Source: Eledone cirrhosa | Taxonomy: Eukaryota | Length of the DNA stretch: 64,000 nt | NCBI GenBank assembly: GCA_964016885.1 | Contig: OZ024758.1 | Coordinates: forward strand, 35,340,001-35,404,000 | Direction: 5' to 3' | Part shown: positions 43,908 through 57,494 of the stretch, piece after piece | Numbering within the stretch: position 1 is the first letter of the stretch | Layout of the letters: every line of letters begins with the position of its first letter | Program-made: the position numbers and the translations under genes | Notes under the pieces: generated by a model | Told to the model about the DNA's origin: nothing | Databases searched by the model: none | Seen by the model: the letters and a program-made list of their open reading frames with translations, nothing else

Positions 43908-46415
43908 TGTTCATGGAGCAAGCAATACTCCTCCCAACAAGAGGCGAAAATGTCCTGGACCTCTGTTTTACAAACAACGAAGTGCTCATCCACAATGTAA
44001 AGGTGACACCAACAATTCTCTCGGATCATAACTTGGTAGAGCTAATGATATGTGGTCCAAGAGAACCAACAGAGACAAAACCACCAAGAAGCTCCGGGAC
44101 GCTATCCAGCCTTAACTTCTACGGGGCTGACTGGAAGAAGATTAAGAGTGAAATCCGGAAGCAAACATGGAGTGCAAACATCGCCACACAAGACACTAAC
44201 ACACAATTTCAACACTTCATGACAACGATACACACCATATGCAAAAAGTGTGTCCCGGAGAAAGAGGCAAACAGACACAAAAATCTTATTCCCAGAGATA
44301 GGAAAATCCTTATGAGACGTAGAACTAAACTCTCAAACCAGTTGAATAGTCAACAAAACCAAAACAAGAAGGAATCCTATTTGAAACGTGCACTACTTGA
44401 CACCGAGATTGCACTCAAGCTTTCACATGAGAATGAGAGGGCAAGGAAAGAGAACAGGGCCATAGAAAACATTAAAACAAACCCTAAGGCCTTCTTTAAA
44501 TTTGCAAAAGAAACTGCCTCAGTACACTGCAAGATTGGACCACTCTTCCACACGGACGGTTCATTAACCGAAAATCCCCAAGAGATATGTGAAATACTGA
44601 ACGAACAGTACAAACGTGTCTTCACATGTCCACTGAGGCACATGCAAATAACGAAGCCAGAGGAGTTCTTTGATGCCACAACACTACATCAAGAAATGGC
44701 AACCATCAACCACATAGACATAACGGAGGAGGATGTGGTGTACGCCATTGATGAAATTAGAACAGACTCGGCTGCTGGACCTGATGGATTCCCAGCAGTT
44801 CTCCTAAAAATATGTAAGCGGGCCTTAGCAACTCCACTGAAGATGCTCTTCAGAAGCTCCTTGGCTAGCGGTGTACTACCCAGGGAGCTGAAAGAAGGCA
44901 CAATATGCCCTATCCATAAAGGAGGTAGTAGAGCGGAGGCCAGGAACTATAGGCCAGTCTCCCTGACGTCGCATATCAGTAAGGTCATGGAGCGAATCGT
45001 CAGAAAGAAACTAATCACTTTCCTCGAAGAAAATGACCGCCTGACTAGCACGCAACATGGCTTCCGCCCAGGAAGAAGCTGCCTTACACAGCTGCTACAT
45101 CACTACGACTGGGTACTGAAACAACTACTAGACAGCTCACATGTAGACGTGATATATCTTGACTTTGCGAAGGCCTTTGGCAAGGTCGACCACGGAATGA
45201 TATGTCACAAACTACACGGACTCGGCATAACTGGAAAAGTAGGTGAGTGGCTGCATGGATTCCTAAGGGACAGAAGCCAGGCAGTCGCAGCAAATGGGGC
45301 CCTCTCGAGGGAAACACCGATAACAAGTGGGGTGCCCCAGGGGACAGTCCAGGGACCACTACTGTTTTTGGTGGCTCTCTCGGACATGCCCTCTGTGGTG
45401 CATGCAACAACATCCCTCACTAGCTATGCTGATGACACTAAGGTAGCACAGGCAATCAAAAACCCGGCTGACGCTGCCCTCTTACAGCAGGATCTGGATG
45501 CCATATACAGATGGGCGGAAGAAAACAACATGCAGTTTAATGCTGGCAAATTCCAAGCCCTACAATACAAACCTGCAAACACAAACACAAATATAGCGGA
45601 ACACAGCTACACAGGACCAGGACGGACCGATATCCCCGTGTCAAAATCGATACGAGACCTGGACATAGACATGAGCGATGATGCATCTTTTTCTTCACAC
45701 ATCATGAAGGTGGCGACAACATGTAGACGATTCGCTGGCTGGATCTTGAGGACTTTCCTTACAAGAGATCGAGACACCATGTTGAAACTGTGGAGGACTT
45801 TTGTCCTAAGCCGCCTGGACTACTGCTCCCAGCTGTGGTCACCCCATAGTGTCAAACTAACCACGGAGCTTGAGGCAATCCAGCGAAGCTACACCAAGAG
45901 GATTGCCAAGATGAGGGAGACAAGCTACTGGGAGAGGCTAAAGGAACTGAACCTCTACTCCTTGGAGCGAAGACGGGAGAGATACGCAGTGATCTACATG
46001 TGGAAAATCCTGGATGGACTAGCACCAAACTTTGGCATTGGGAGCTGGACCAACCGTCGAACAGGACGTCACTGTGTGGTGCCAAAGGTCCCGTCTTCCA
46101 CATCTAGAATAAGGAGCAGGTATTGCAATAGCCTGGGATTCAAGGGCCCTCAACTCTTCAACAGGCTGCCGAGGCATCTGCGGGACTTGCATGACGTGGA
46201 GGTGGTGTCTTTAAGAAACATCTCGACACCTTGTTATCCAGGATCCCGGATGAGCCCACAGCAAGACACGAGGGAAACCTAAGGGCAGCAGCAACAAACT
46301 CCCTCCTACACCAGTGGCCAACCTATACAGGCTGGAGATAAAATGTGTAGCAACAAGGGCGGTGCCCCAGCATGGCCTCAGCCGGATGGCTGAAACAGGT
46401 AAAAGAGTAAAAGAG
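43908..46415 (+). mobile_element. 5'-truncated CR1/L2-group LINE (end of APE domain, RT, 3' UTR)
   Basis: [10 protein letters not shown] (APE end), [32 protein letters not shown] and YADD motifs. Apparent frameshift near 46210. Tail (GTAAAAGA)2. Confidence 0.95.
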
Positions 46416-46428
46416 TATATATATATAT

Positions 46429-46459
<31 letters not shown>

Positions 46460-46460
<1 letters not shown>

Positions 46461-46718
46461 GTAGGAGGTGAGTTTTATTGTAGTACAATAAAGCAATGCA
46501 GATATCGGATAAGAAGCACTCTACAGTTTGTGGGACTGGAGTATGCATAATATAAGATCAAAAGATGGTTAAAGGAGTTCAATATATTTTATTATGCGCA
46601 TTTCAAAAACAAACATCATCAAACAATAATATTTGTGTTTTCATCAGATAAAACAGGAGAACATGATATGAAGGCTAAAAAAACACTTGTTGATAGTGCA
46701 GTTTTAAATCAACATATG
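46460..46718 (-). mobile_element. Family A element, single arm, with hammerhead at -46587..46653
   Basis: Near-identical to 23203-23460, but continues into different sequence instead of folding back. Confidence 0.85.
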
Positions 46719-47157
46719 AAAAGTGGTTTTAGATTGATGTGTGATATTGGGAAAAATATTTTATTTAGAGAGGGGGGGAGAGAAAAGGATGAAAAGGGAA
46801 GGAGATGAGAGGGAGAGATGGGTGATAGAGAGATTACCACAATAACTAGGGAGCGGAGGACAAGATAAGCTGGACATTGCTACTGAGGGTAGGATGAGCT
46901 GGCTATTGTGGTGGATACCTAAACATTGTAAGACCCTAGTGGGATGACTGAGATTGACCTACATAGATCAGATGTCCAGCTGGAGATTAATGATCTCAGG
47001 AATACCATGGGAGATTGTGACATCTAAAAAAGAAGAGTAGAATTGTTATGGCCAATCCAGCTGACCTAATAAATCTAAAGTAAGGAGCGCGGGACTGTGT
47101 ACGGTTTATAATGTTTTATCCCACTAGTAAAATAAGTTGCATTACTTTGAATAAATA

Positions 47158-47276
47158 ATTGTTTCTACATTACTGGTACTATATTTTATCGACCCTGTAA
47201 GGATGAAAGGCAAAGTTAACCTCGGTGGGATTTGAACTCAGAATAGCAAGGGCCGTACCTCAATGCATCAAAGCAT
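47158..47276 (-). mobile_element. SINE fragment, same family as 20079
   Basis: Reverse complement of the B-box and core: CTGGTACTATATTTTATCGACCCTGTAAGGATGAAAGGCAAAG...GGATTTGAACTCAG. Confidence 0.85.
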
Positions 47277-47799
47277 GAATGAATAATAAATGAATATTAC
47301 ATAATTTATCTGCTAAATTTCGTGGCTGTTGATTAAATATATTTTGTTTAAAGATTCATCTCTTTAAAATTTCTGAAATGTCAACACTTCCGGTTAGCCA
47401 TCGCTTAAATAAACATTCATATATTACCGTCACTAATTTTCTCCTAATGCAGTTTATATATAATATTGTCTTTTTTAATGTATCATGGATTACGTTACTG
47501 GTTAAATAAGAGAGTGTAACACAGTCTTTGTACATTTTCTATGTATTATATATTGTCAATTATGATTTTATTTGAAGTATCATGTCTACATGTATATATA
47601 TACCTGCGTATAATATCAATATACACACTACACATGCTAGCAGAAAATAATAATAATATTAATATATATTGAAGAACATTTATTATGGTGAAATATGTTG
47701 GAAATGATTCGCAGAGGTTTTGTATTGTAATTAACAAATACACCCTGTATTATTTGTCATTAAGGGCTCTTACAGAGACACAATCTCATTTCATTGTTG

Positions 47800-48166
47800 A
47801 AGGTGATGGATTTGCAGAATCAGTAGAGTGTCATACGATATGCTTTGTGTCATAAAGTTACAACCCTTTATGTTCTGGGTTTAAATCATGCCATGTTCTA
47901 CTTTGACTTTCATCCATTCAAGGTTGATAAAAAACAATACCAGTAATGCACTGGGCCTGATTTAATTGGCATTCCCCTTTCTCTTCAAATTGCTGGCCTT
48001 GAGTCAAATGTAGAAACATTTATTTAAAGTCTATAAAACAATAGATAGAATGTTTTCTGCCATATTTATCCTGGTTCTCTGCTCTCTGGGTTTAAATCCT
48101 GCTGAGGTCAACTTTCTTTCGTCCATTCAAGGTTGATAAAAACAATACCAGTCTACCACTGGGGTC
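47800..48166 (+). mobile_element. Two diverged tandem SINE copies (counterparts at about 52575-52940)
   Basis: GGATTTGCAGAATCAGTAGAG head and CATCCATTCAAGGTTGATAAA...TACCAGT core occurring twice. Confidence 0.75.
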
Positions 48167-49011
48167 TGTTCTTCCTCTCTATATTTCTATCTCACTTCCT
48201 CCCTCTTATTCTCTCTTCTATGTCCACAGTGTCACCCTTATGACTACATTTAAAAAAAACAAAAACATTGATGTATTTATATGTGTTTATTTTGTAAACC
48301 TTAACTGGTTTATATTTGACAAAATATCCACATGTGTAAATAAAAACAATTGCATAACTTTGATATTTGTTGGATGGTACTTTAATGACAGTTGAAATTT
48401 TGACTTTTTAAAAAAATAATTCACATTTGAAAATACTTTACAACTTTCTTCTCTTTTTCTTCAGCCATTTATTTCTGAGAGGGTTGTAGGGGGTAGAGTC
48501 CTCACACACCCCTTCTAGGTCCTATGTGTGTAAAATTTCCTCTTTACACTACACATCACCCTGCACACACACACCACAATATACACATCATGCCTCACCA
48601 CAACACCCCACATACCACACCACACCAAACCACACTACACCACATATCACATCACACCACATACCACACCACAACACACCACATACCATACCGCAACACA
48701 TACAAACCAGGTAGTTATACCAACCCAGGATCTTGATTTTAGTGATTTTTTGGTAACAAATCTCAACATCTTCGTTCTTACTTACCAAGTGGAGTGGAAC
48801 TCATCAGATTGGACCAAGGAAACAATGTTTCCATTGGTCTTTCCAATTGATGATATTGAATCGGATTAGAAAGAGAGAAAAAAAAATAGAGAATATATTT
48901 ATTTAAAAGCCATTGACCTGCATTTTCCGTCAAGAAGGCCATTGGAGCATCACTCACAGAAGCTGATAGAGCAGCCAGCTTGACAGCCGATATAGGTAGC
49001 ACCAACAATTA

Positions 49012-50222
49012 TCACTACCATTAATAAGAGGAAGGCAGCTACAGCAGCGGTGACATTAACAACAACAACATATGTGTATACACCAACATCTTACCAACAA
49101 ACACTACCATTAACAAGAGGAGGGCAGCTACAGCAGCGGTGACATTAACAACAACAACATATGTGTATACACCAACATCTTACCAACAAACACTACCATT
49201 AACAAGAGGAAGGCAACAACAGCAGCAGTGACATGAACAACAACAACATATGTGTATACACCAACATCTTACCAACAAACACTACCATTAACAAGAGGAA
49301 GGCAGCTACAGCAGCGGTGACATTAACAACAACAACATATGTGTATACACCAACATCTTACCAACAAACACTACCATTAACAAGAGGAAGGCAGCTACAG
49401 CAGCGGTGACATTAACAACAACATATGTGTATACACCAACATCTTACCAACAAACACTACCATTAACAAGAGGAAGGCAGCTACAGCAGCGGTGACATTA
49501 ACAACAACATATATGTATACACCAACATCTTACCAACAAACACTACCATTAACAAGAGGAAGGCAGCTACAGCAGCGGTGACATTAACAACAACAACATA
49601 TGTGTATACACCAACATCTTACCAACAAACACTACCATTAACAAGAGGAAGGCAACAACAGCAGCAGTGACATGAACAACAACAACACATGTGTATACAC
49701 CAACATCTTACCAACAAACACTACCATTAACAAGAGGAAGGCAGCTACAGCAGCGGTGACATTAACAACAACATATATGTATACACCAACATCTTACCAA
49801 CAAACACTACCATTAACAAGAGGAAGGCAGCTACAGCAGCGGTGACATTAACAACAACAACATATGTGTATACACCAACATCTTACCAACAAACACTACC
49901 ATTAACAAGAGGAAGGCAGCTACAGCAGCGGTGACATTAACAACAACATATGTGTATACACCAACATCTTACCAACAAACACTACCATTAACAAGAGGAA
50001 GGCAGCTACAGCAGCGGTGACATTAACAACAACAACAACATGTGTATACAGCAACATCTTACCAACAAACACTACCATTAACAAGAGGAAGGCAGCTACA
50101 GCAGCGGTGACATTAAGAACAACAACAACATATGTGTATACACCAACATCTTACCAACAAACACTACCATTAACAAGAGGAAGGCAGCTACAGCAGCGGT
50201 GTCATTAACAACAACACATATG
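49012..50222. repeat. 86/89-bp minisatellite, about 13-14 copies
   Basis: Unit CACTACCATTAACAAGAGGAAGGCAGCTACAGCAGCGGTGACATT(AAC)nATATGTGTATACACCAACATCTTACCAACAAA. Length varies by AAC triplets. Confidence 0.97.
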
Positions 50223-51260
50223 TTTTCAGGATTGAAAGACTCACCTTTAGCCACAAGGTTCTATGAGAAACTGCTAACATGCTCGCATGTGTGCGTGCTG
50301 AAATCTGGGTCTTTCCACTGGGAACAACCCCCTGTTATCTTTTTTGTACATTCATCCATTCATTTATTTATTTGCTAACATTCTATCTTGGGTACCCCCC
50401 CCCCCTCCATGCAACCCTTTCTTTTCTCTCTTGTCTTCTGACGCCTCCATATCTGATGTAAGTGAGCTATGAGGCCCTCTTATCAGCATTTTCCCCTCCA
50501 CCCACACAGTTCTGCCTAGCACCCAGGCTGGTGACGACCAGCCACTCACCCCTGATGCTGCTTCATGCCCCAGTCCCCCCCCCCAATCCTCCATCCCCTG
50601 CAGTCGACACCTGCAGCACCACGAATAGACGGGAGAAGGGCCGGAACTTATGGGGTGCAGCTGCTTCCACTATCTCACCTGTGTTAGCTTGACGCGTCAA
50701 ACCTCCAGTGCCCTCACAGCGTGGAGAAGCTGAAACTGTCTCTTCACCTTGTCTGCTCAGCCACGGTCATGTAGCACACCACCAGATGAGACAACGAGCT
50801 TGCCTGACACCCAAGCCTCGCTGGTCAACATCGCTTGGCTCAGGTGGTGGCGAAAGATCTCACTCAGGATCCCAAGAGCAGCCCGGGTGCCGGTAGCCGA
50901 TGCCCTCACTTCCTCTTTTATGATGATTATTTCATATTAAGGTGGACGTTAATGTTTATAAATAACATAAGGTGACTTATTTACCTTATAGTTGTTGTTT
51001 TATCACCTGTATCATTAAATATTGAAGTGGTTGTTCAACATTTTACGGGACAGGAAAATATTATTTTAATCAGAAATCAGTGAACATTTAGTTTTTACTA
51101 ACTTTTCTTGACTTTATATTTGGTCTTGAGAACTAAAGTACGTATTATTTCCTTTTCTACCATAACACAAACATTGTGAACTTTTCTATCTGAAGTGAAA
51201 TATCTTGATTTATTACAACACCTACACACATATTTCTAAACACACACACACGTCTCTCTA

Positions 51261-51300
<40 letters not shown>

Positions 51301-51545
51301 TGAATTATATAATATATGCTTGAATTTTCTTCGTCGAAAATCAGTCTTGGGCTGTCATATGTCTTATTACTTGTACAAACTGAATGCTACATTACAACTT
51401 TTTAGAAGAAGAAAGCGGAGATCTGCAGTCTTTTATGGACCCTTTGTATATTAGACTACATAACATATATTAACGATATCTATATTTCTTAATATATATG
51501 TAAAATTAGTGAGAATCCTTTATGTAAAGATCACTAGCTAGAAAT

Positions 51546-52076
51546 ATGTCTGAATATAGCTGTGAGATTTACAGGAAAACTTTCCCTTCAAAACTGAATC
51601 TAACCTCACACAAAAGAATGCACACTGGAGAAAAACCCTTCCAGTGTGAAATATGTGGGAAATCTTCCACTGATAATTCTAAACTTGTCATCCACATGCG
51701 AAGTCATACTGGAGAAAAACCTTACCATTGTGAAATATGTGGGAAATCTTTTTCTCGTGGTTTTAACCTTGTAGAACAGAAAAGAATACACACTGGAGAA
51801 AAACCCTTCCACTGTAAAATATGTGAGGAATATTTTACTTATAATTCTAATCTTGTCATCCACATGTGGAGTCATACTGGAGAAAAACCCTACCATTGTG
51901 GAATATGGGGGAAATCTTTTGCATTGAGTGGTGACTTGAAAAGACATATGACAATACACACTGGAGAGAAACCCTTCCACTGTGAAACATGTGGCAAATA
52001 TTTTGCCTTGAGCTGTGTCTTGAAAAGATATAGAAGAACACATAACGGAGACAAACCTTATTCATGTGAAATATGA
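51546..52076 (+). pseudogene. Tandem C2H2 zinc-finger ORF (about six fingers), partly degenerate
   Basis: Repeated HTGEKP(F/Y).C..CGK.F units. Several zinc ligands are lost (CEIY, CGIW, VEQKRIH, KRYRRTH) and the ORF stops inside finger 7. Confidence 0.8.
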
Positions 52077-52151
52077 AATCCTTCTCTTATACATTTCAAC
52101 ATATATATGTGTATACCTCACTCAAGCGGAAGAAATATACTCCCATATATC

Positions 52152-53565
52152 GAAGATTACCACAATAACTAGGGAGCAGAGGACAATATATGCTGGGCAT
52201 TGCTATTGAGGGTAAGATGACCTGATGAGCTGGCTCCTGTGGTGGATACCTAAACATAGTAAGACCCGAGTGGGATGACTGAGATTGACCTACATAGATC
52301 AGATGTCTCTGGATGTCCAGCTGGAGATTAATGATCTCAGGAATGCCATGAAAGATTGTGACATCTAAAAAAGGAGAGTAGAATTGTTCTGGCCAATCCA
52401 CCGACTTAATAAATGATAATGATAATAATATATATTAATGAACATTTATTATGGTGAAATATGTTGGAAATCATTCTCAGAGGTTTTGTACTGTAATCCA
52501 CAAATACTCTCTGGAGGAAGTTCTACTTCATATTATTTGTCATTAAGGTTTCTTATAGAGACACCTCATTGTTGAGGGTGGTGTATTGGCAGAATCAGTA
52601 GAGTGTCAGACGATATGCTTTGTGTCATATAGTTACATCCCTTTACATTCTGTATTAAAATCTTGCTGAGGTTAGCTTTACTTTTCTTGCTCAGAGGTTC
52701 AGTAAAATAAAGTACCAGTAATCTACTGGGGTTGATTTAATCAACTTTCTCCTTCCCATCCAATTGTGGCCTTGAGTTAAAAGTAGAAACAGTTATTTAA
52801 AGTCTATAAAACAATAGATAGAATGCTTTCTGCCATATTTGTTCTGGTTCTCAGCTCTGAGTTTAAATCCTGCTGAGGTCAACTTTGCCTTTCATCCATT
52901 CAAGGTTGATAAGAAAAAAGTACCAGTCTACCACTGGGGTCTGTTCTTCCTCCCTATATTTCTTTCTCACTTCCTCTCTCTTATTCTCTCTCCTTCTCAA
53001 GAAGTAATCAACTGTTCCACCCTGGTGAGTGAAGGGCTCCACCAAGCTTCAAATGTCCACAGTGACACCCCTATGACTCCATCAGTGCAAGAAAAACAAA
53101 ACAAAAGATGAATGTATTTATTTTATAAACCTCAACTGGTTTATATTCATATTTGTGACAAAATATCCACATTTATGTTTAAATAAAAACAATTTTACAA
53201 CTTTAATATTTGTTGGATGGTACGGTCATGACAGTTCAAATTAGGACTTTTTAAAAAATTAACATTTGAAAATACTTTACAACTTTCTTCTCTTTATCTT
53301 TACCCATTCCTGAGAGGCTTGTAGAGGGTAGAGTCCACACACAGGTCCTATGTTTGTAAAATGTCCTCTATATACTACACACACACAAAACCACATCACT
53401 CTGCACACACACACCACATCCCACACAACAGACATACACCATACCACACCACACCACATACAAACCAGGTAGTTATACCAACCCTGTATCTTGGTTTTAG
53501 TGATTTTTTTGTAACAAACTCAACTTCCCAGACCTTAGCAACCGGAGTGGACTCATCAGATTGGA
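52152..53565 (+). repeat. Diverged segmental duplication, copy 2
   Basis: Collinear with 46830-48812, but lacks the roughly 0.6-kb segment at 47075-47650. Confidence 0.88.
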
Positions 53566-53647
53566 TATTAAATGATGAGCTGTGACATCATTGGTGTCAA
53601 CCTGTTTCAGCCATTCCTTTGGACAACATTATAGTGTATGTATGTAG

Positions 53648-53797
53648 TATATATATATATATAGAGAGAGAGAGAGGTTATATATATATATAGAGAGAGA
53701 GAGATCTTATATATATATATAGAGAGAGAGAGATCTTATATATATATATAGAGAGAGAGAGATAATATATATAGATAGATTATATATATATATATAG

Positions 53798-53855
<58 letters not shown>

Positions 53856-54137
53856 CTCACTCTCTCTCTATATATATATATATAGATTATATATATATAT
53901 AGAGAGAGAGAGAGATTATATATATAGAGAGAGAAAGAGATGATCTATATATATATAGAGAGAGAGAGAGAGAGTGAGATTATATATATATATAGAGAGA
54001 GAAAGAGATGATCTATATATATATAGAGAGAGAGAGAGAGTGAGATTATATATATATATATAGAGAGAGAGAGATCATCTATATATATATAGAGAGAGAG
54101 AGAGATTATATATATATAGAGAGAGAGAGAGATCATC

Positions 54138-54171
<34 letters not shown>

Positions 54172-54203
54172 TTATATATATATATATAGAGAGAGAGATC
54201 ATC

Positions 54204-54235
<32 letters not shown>

Positions 54236-54282
54236 TTATATATATATATATAGAGAGAGAGAGATCATCTATATATATATAT
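53648..54282. repeat. Compound (TA)n(GA)n minisatellite
   Basis: Units of (TA)5-7(GA)4-7 joined by GATT or GATCATC. Confidence 0.95.
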
Positions 54283-55312
54283 TTGTGTTCAAGAGACTAG
54301 ATGGAGGGGCTGGTCTGCTAGATTCATTGTGGGTAAAAAACGATGTTATAAACCTTTCTGGGTGGGAAATGACAATGGGCTGGGTGGAGTAGTATGGTGG
54401 GATGGGGGAAGTAGAGAACACTATCAAGTGGCTAGGAGAGAATCTAGGAGACAAGTGTACCTTGCAAGAAGGGAAGCAGGGGATAGAAAGTTCAAGCATT
54501 TTCTACAACACGAGGACCAAAAACCTGAGGTGTTCAGGATTGCTAAACAATGTGTCAAGGAAAATCGTGATACTGTCAGGGAGAAGTGTGTCCTTAATGA
54601 TAATGGTGTACTTGCCCTCACTTTTACTGATAAGAAGATAGCTCAGAAGTGTCACTACGGGAGGCTACTAAATGAGGAGAATAAATGGGGAAAAGATAGT
54701 CTTCCCCAAATTGATCCAATAGAGGGACCAGCAGTGCAAGTTGAAGGTAGTATAATAAGTAAGGCAATCAAAGATATGAAGGCAGGCAAGGCAGCTGGGC
54801 CTTCGGAGATAGTTGCTGAGATGTTGAAAGCATCTGGAATGGTGGGACATACTATGGTCACCCAGACAGTAAACCAAGTAATACAGAATGGGGTCATACC
54901 AAATGACTGGCATAGCAGCATCATCGTTAACTGCTACAAGGTTAAAAGAGATGCCCTAGATAGGGGGAAACTATAGAGGCATTAAGGTAGTTGACCAGGT
55001 CATGAAGGTCACAGAAAGAGTTATTGCACAACTAATCAGAGACAGAATTGATCTAGATGAAATGCAGTTTTGGTTTGTGTCAGGTAAAAGTACCACAGAC
55101 ACTCTTTTCCTTGTACGACAACTACAGGAGAAGTACCTAGCTAAAAGTAAACCCCTATACTTAGCTTTCGTTGACTTGAAGAAAGCCTTAGACAGAGTCC
55201 TCAGCTACATTTTCTGGTGGACCCTTAGAAAACTAGGAGTAGATGAATGGCATGTGAGAGCCATGTATAAAGAAACGGTGAGCAAGGTGAGAATTAACAA
55301 TAAATATAGTGA
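54283..55312 (+). mobile_element. RTE-clade LINE fragment, N-terminal RT region, frameshifted
   Basis: MKAGKAAGPSEIVAEML, IPNDWHSSIIVNCYK, MKVTERVI, QF.FVSGKSTTD and LAFVDLKKALDRV motifs. Confidence 0.92.
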
Positions 55313-55507
55313 AGAAATGATAGGAAGGAAGAAATAGAATGGGTACCAACAAAGATATTTATTTCTCTGTTGTTACGAGCCTCTCATTCTTCGCAGTCAT
55401 CTCAGATAAATCATTGAAACTGCAGGTGGTCTGAGATATGATGAATGTATTTTAATATTTGTGACCTCCTCTCACCCATTCTATTTCTTCCTTCCGATCA
55501 TTTCTTT
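55312..55507. mobile_element. Insert of about 195 bp with 33-bp terminal inverted repeats, truncating the RTE ORF
   Basis: AAGAAATGATAGGAAGGAAGAAATAGAATGGGT ... ACCCATTCTATTTCTTCCTTCCGATCATTTCTT (one mismatch). Confidence 0.65.
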
Positions 55508-55717
55508 GAGTCAACTCACATCAAGTTGCTGACTTCTGTCCTTCGAGGTAATGTTTTACCCAACACAGCTTTGACGGTATTTTGCTGTTTAAACACCGAG
55601 TTTTTCCATTTTATATATATATATATGTATGTAAAGGGTAAACAGAAATAACAATACAATCAGTACAGTATATGGAAGGAATATATTAGGTTAATGCTTG
55701 AAATAGCAGGAAGAGGG

Positions 55718-55753
55718 TCTTAACGTTTCGGACGCTAGTCTTTCATCAGAAGA
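55718..55753 (-). ncRNA. Very small type I hammerhead motif
   Basis: Minus strand reads TCTT-CTGATGA-AAGACTAGCGTCC-GAAA-CG-TT-AAGA, with the palindrome AACGTT at stem III. Confidence 0.72.
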
Positions 55754-56982
55754 TTGAAGGGACGGGCAGGATGGAATTGGAAAAAATATCTTTAGATATC
55801 AGGTCCATTCATGTTGACATCTCTTGTGTATGATATATTTTTGTTTAAGACTCACATTAATCCCCTATAATTTAATGAGCTCAAGGATTAGATTCCGGGT
55901 TTTTTATAAATCACCATATAGAGAGAAGTACACATAGAGATATGTGTTCAATTATAGAAGATTAAAAACCACCAGAGTGACGAACATATTAACTATGGAA
56001 GTAATACTGGATACAAATCAATTAAAATAATATATTAAAGTGTACTAACCATCTATTTATAACTATAACATCCAGACATGCTCAAATGAGAGTATGTTTC
56101 GCTATAAAAGTGAAGAATATATATTGTAGAGGTAGCTCATCGGCGGATACCTATCAATATGATCAACACTTCTAAAAATATATTAGATAACTAAGAAAAC
56201 ACACACGGTGTAGAGAAAAGATGTTTTATAGCCCATGGTGGTGAATAGACCAAAAGACCGCTAAAAATATATATGATATGATATACGTCTAGAAATATAT
56301 TTTTATCACATGCATGTTAACATACATATGAAAATTTAGAGCTTATTTAGCTGCTATTTCTAACATTTTCCACGTTACATATTTTTATTATTTGGCTGCC
56401 ATTTCTAGCATTTGTATTTACCCCACAGACTGAAACGTTTAACAAAGGGGAATAAATCTTTAAAGCCTTCGATTTGCTATTATCTCCCTTTCACTGTAAA
56501 ATTTATGATAGTAATCTAGACTAGAGGGCCCCTCACTAAATGTTCTTATAACTTTCTTAATAAAACATATTTTGTAATAACATTTTGCAGAGATACGAAT
56601 TACAGTTTATAGATTAACTTACTGTAACTGAAATTACAATATATCTTTACGTACAAATGTACTAAAGCTAGAAATTGCCAGGTAGGGTGTACAGTTTTTA
56701 TCACATTTCCTATTTAGTAAAATAAACTATTTTATCACAACAATATAAAGAAACAGGATATAGATTTATTTGGTACTTCTAGCGTTGTTTACATACATAT
56801 TGCTATATATGTATGTGTGTGTATATATATATATATATATTGTTTATATACATAACACATACATACACACATATGCATGCATTCTCCTGCATTGAACCAC
56901 CTAGGTACTATGACATAACCTGTGTATTTGCTGGCATGGGCGTGCATCTGTGCGCTTATGTTAGTTGATATATTAAATTATC

Positions 56983-57014
<32 letters not shown>

Positions 57015-57031
57015 GTGTGTGTGTCTGTGTG

Positions 57032-57186
57032 ATAGGAAGGGCATCCAGCTATAGAAATGAAGCTAGAATCAGTTCCCATATGAGCAAGACAAAGTCAGAC
57101 GACCTAAAATTGCCCACAACAGGACAATCTGTCTAACCCATGCTAGCGTGGAAGAATCGACGTAAAATGGTGATGATGATGATGAC
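57032..57186 (+). mobile_element. Isolated RTE 3' end with (TGA)n tail
   Basis: GGAAGGGCATCCAGCTATAGAAAT...CTAGCGTGGAAGAA...TGATGATGATG matches 58315-58478. Confidence 0.8.
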
Positions 57187-57276
57187 ATATATATATATAT
57201 ATACACCTATATATATCTATCTGTATATATAAATATATATATATAAATATTAGACATAAATTTTTGTGTACCTCTC

Positions 57277-57340
<64 letters not shown>

Positions 57341-57416
57341 GAGAGGTACATAAAAATTTATGTCTAATATTTCTTCTTATTTTATAATATGTTTTATATA
57401 TATATACATACATATA

Positions 57417-57468
<52 letters not shown>

Positions 57469-57494
57469 CATATATGTATATATATACATACATT

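Larger units (their letters stand above)
46830..48812 (+). repeat. Diverged segmental duplication, copy 1 (partner about 52152-53565)
   Basis: Shared collinear anchors AGATTACCACAATAACTAGGGAGC, GAACATTTATTATGGTGAAATATGTTGG, two SINE relics, a CACAC tract and ACTCATCAGATTGGA. Confidence 0.88.

Noticed and set aside
48760-48815. Minus-strand CTGATGA-GTTC...GAAC-GAAG (paralog at about 53520-53565) as a hammerhead
   Set aside because: GAAA is not intact, I could not close stem I or III, and the paralog does not conserve stem II.
50230-50940. GC-richer block with several short ORFs
   Set aside because: No recognisable domain, splice pattern or repeat partner in the window, so it is left unassigned.
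56425-56456. GAAACGTT...AATAAA resembling a hammerhead 3' half
   Set aside because: No CTGANGA core or stem I partner found upstream.
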